A stretch of DNA of 25,708 nt. It comes from Elusimicrobiota bacterium. GTDB lineage: Bacteria; Elusimicrobiota; Endomicrobiia; Endomicrobiales; JBDRNC01. The notes below the pieces were generated by a model. The model made no database searches. It was not told where the DNA came from and worked only from the letters and a program-made list of their open reading frames with translations. Positions 23,547 through 25,708 of this stretch are shown piece after piece. The position numbers and the translations under genes were made by a program. The first letter of the stretch is position 1; the number at the start of each line of letters is the position of its first letter. The stretch spans positions 1 to 25,708 of the forward strand of contig JBDRNC010000013.1 in assembly GCA_043811535.1 (NCBI GenBank), written 5' to 3'.

Positions 23547-25708
23547 ATGAATAACAACAAATCCATTTATTATTACTTGCTCGCGTTTCTGGTATTCGCG
23601 GTGTATTTGTACACGATGCACCCGACGATATCTCCTTACCGAGATTCGGGCGATCTTATCGTGGCGTCGTACACCATGGGGATAGCGCACCCGCCGGGCT
23701 ACCCGCTTTACGCGCTTTCGGGGAAAGTATTCACGCTCGCTTTGCCGTGGGGCAACATAGCTTACCGCGTAAATATAATGTCCGCGTTTTTCGGGGCGGC
23801 CGCGTTCGTGTTCATGGCGTATGTCGTCCGGGCCGCGCTGGGGCCGTCTGTCTGGCTGCTGCTGCCGCTGCTGACGCTCGCGTTCTCGCCGGCGTACTGG
23901 CGGCTGAGCCAGGTATCCGAGATGTATTCCATTAACGCTTTCTTCGCCGCATTGATAATATTTATCGCCGCGCGGTTTTTCATTCCCGGCGGGCGTGAAA
24001 GGATCGCGGCCGGGCCGCCGCTGCTGTACCTGCTGGGCTTCGCGTGCGGTTTCGCGGCGGGCAACCACCAGACGATAATACTTTTCTATCCGGCGCTGCT
24101 GTGGTTCTTGTGGCGGGGCAAAGAATTTTCGCCGAAGGAATATGGTTACGCGGCGCTTTTCTTCGCGGCGGGCCTTTCGATATACGCCTACCTGCCCATA
24201 AGGTCCGCGACGGAGCCGCTGGCCGATTGGGGGAACCCGGAAAATCTGAGCGGTTTTTTCAGGATGATAACGCGAGCCGATTACGGCGGGATGCGCCTGC
24301 ACCCGGAACAGAGCAAATTTTCATGGAGCGCCGGGATAATTATCCAGCATCTCTGGGTTTACCTGAAATCGCTCGGCGGGCAGTTCACCTGGCCGGGCGC
24401 GGCCGCGGGACTCCTTGGGATGTACCTGACAAGAAAAAACAGGTTTTTCCGGTTCCTTTTCTGGTCAGTCATGCTGTCGGGCCCGGCTTTCATAATATTT
24501 TCGAACCTGCCGCCCGCGGAAAAAACGACGCTGCCCATACTTGAGCCGCACCTGGTGATGCCGAACCTGTTTTTCGCGTTTTTCATCTCGGCCGCGCTGG
24601 CGAGATTTGTTTCCGCGGGCTGGGCGAAGGCGCTTTGCGTACTGCTGCCTCTGGCGGTTTTCGCCGCGGGCGAGCCGAAGTGCAATTACAGGAACCATTT
24701 CTTCGCCTACGATTACGGGCGCAACCTGTTTTCAACGATACCCGAAGGCGGCATGATATACAATCCGGACGACGCGACGGCTTTCATAACATCGTATTTC
24801 CAGGTCGCCGGCAAAAAAAGGGAAGATATCAAACTGGCCGCTTATTTCCGCACGCGATGGGGCTATGAACTGCTCAAAAATAGAAGCCCCGAAATACTTC
24901 CGCAGAGGGAGATTGCGAGCGGCAGAGAGCTTGAAACGGTATTGCTGGATTTCAACCGCGGCAAGCGTCAGATATTCGCGGAACTGCCGGTAAAATATCC
25001 CGAAGGGTACAACTCGCTGCCGTATGGGATGCTCTACGGATTGCAGTCAAAAAAGATGCCGGCTTTTTCCGGCATGCCTTTTGAGTTTTACTCAATGAGG
25101 AACCGCTGCGTCACGGACGATAACTTTGATTTCTTCACGAACCACGTGATCTCGTATTATTCTTCGGCGCGCGCCAATCTGGGACTGGCTTACGCGGAAG
25201 CGGGGCAGTACGGAAGGGCGCGTGAGGAGTACAAGAGGGCGCTCGCGATAGACCCCGGCCTTGAGCCCGCGAAGAACAACATGGGCACGCTTGAATACTA
25301 CCTGAAGAATTACAGCGAAGCGGAAAAATGGTTCCTGCAGATATTGAAGGACGCGCCGGATAATCCGTCCGCGCTTTTCAATCTCGGGCTGACGTACAAG
25401 GCCGGAAAGAAAACGGAGCTCGCGGAAGAGTGCTTCAGGAAAGCATGGGAGCGGAACGGCTCGCCGGAAGCCGGGAACGAACTGGGGCTGATGCTGCTCA
25501 ACTCAGGCAGGACGGAACAGTCGATAGCGGTGTTCGGCGAATTATTGAAGAGGGACCCGCGGTACCGCTACGCCTATTATAACATGGGGCTGGCGCTGAA
25601 ACAGGCCGGCCGTTTCAATGAGAGTTATTCGTATTTTAAAGTGTATCTTGACAGCGCGGACGACCCGCGCGAGCGCGAGGAAGTCATGGGGCTGATGAAG
25701 GGCCTGTC
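23547..25708 (+). CDS. DUF2723/TMEM260-like membrane glycosyltransferase with C-terminal TPRs (3' end outside window)
   Basis: Absent from the ORF track because no stop falls in the window. ATG 23547 reads MNNNKSIYY...PTISPYRDSGDLIVASYTMGIAHPPGYPLY. The same frame gives AGQYGRAREEYKRALAIDP (TPR) near 25200 and EVMGLMKGL at the window end. Frame checked at start, ~25200 and end, not codon by codon. Confidence 0.85.
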   Translation, partial: MNNNKSIYYYLLAFLVFAVYLYTMHPTISPYRDSGDLIVASYTMGIAHPPGYPLYALSGKVFTLALPWGNIAYRVNIMSAFFGAAAFVFMAYVVRAALGPSVWLLLPLLTLAFSPAYWRLSQVSEMYSINAFFAALIIFIAARFFIPGGRERIAAGPPLLYLLGFACGFAAGNHQTIILFYPALLWFLWRGKEFSPKEYGYAALFFAAGLSIYAYLPIRSATEPLADWGNPENLSGFFRMITRADYGGMRLHPEQSKFSWSAGIIIQHLWVYLKSLGGQFTWPGAAAGLLGMYLTRKNRFFRFLFWSVMLSGPAFIIFSNLPPAEKTTLPILEPHLVMPNLFFAFFISAALARFVSAGWAKALCVLLPLAVFAAGEPKCNYRNHFFAYDYGRNLFSTIPEGGMIYNPDDATAFITSYFQVAGKKREDIKLAAYFRTRWGYELLKNRSPEILPQREIASGRELETVLLDFNRGKRQIFAELPVKYPEGYNSLPYGMLYGLQSKKMPAFSGMPFEFYSMRNRCVTDDNFDFFTNHVISYYSSARANLGLAYAEAGQYGRAREEYKRALAIDPGLEPAKNNMGTLEYYLKNYSEAEKWFLQILKDAPDNPSALFNLGLTYKAGKKTELAEECFRKAWERNGSPEAGNELGLMLLNSGRTEQSIAVFGELLKRDPRYRYAYYNMGLALKQAGRFNESYSYFKVYLDSADDPREREEVMGLMKGL

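Overview
Bacterial chromosomal window in which every credible gene lies on the + strand. GC-rich, host-like genes (two secreted glycoside hydrolases, a GT-C-like membrane protein, and a DUF2723/TMEM260-like TPR protein running off the right edge) alternate with AT-rich accessory blocks. The accessory content is: the 3' end of a group II intron, a frameshifted coiA-like gene, a membrane-anchored wHTH gene followed by a TGCGCA palindrome array, a six-gene defence-like island (MBL hydrolase, 4TM protein, HEPN-like, unknown, TIR, HEPN-like), a RAYT with its REP hairpins, RhuM-like and truncated DUF1016 genes, a PD-(D/E)XK nuclease, a Zn-ribbon-nucleotidyltransferase pair, an aac(6')-like and a second GNAT, and an HTH/Doc toxin-antitoxin pair. 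The most striking unexplained structure is non-coding. The six-gene island is bracketed by a 52-bp inverted repeat (1969-2020 / 6667-6718, 43/52 identical by manual alignment). Each copy is a boundary motif plus a 31-nt hairpin, and the same motif without the hairpin follows the second AT-rich block (13611-13637). Most gene junctions from 13.7 to 23.4 kb also carry related heptamer/octamer tandem-repeat linkers. All protein assignments come from motif recognition by eye, with no database searches.
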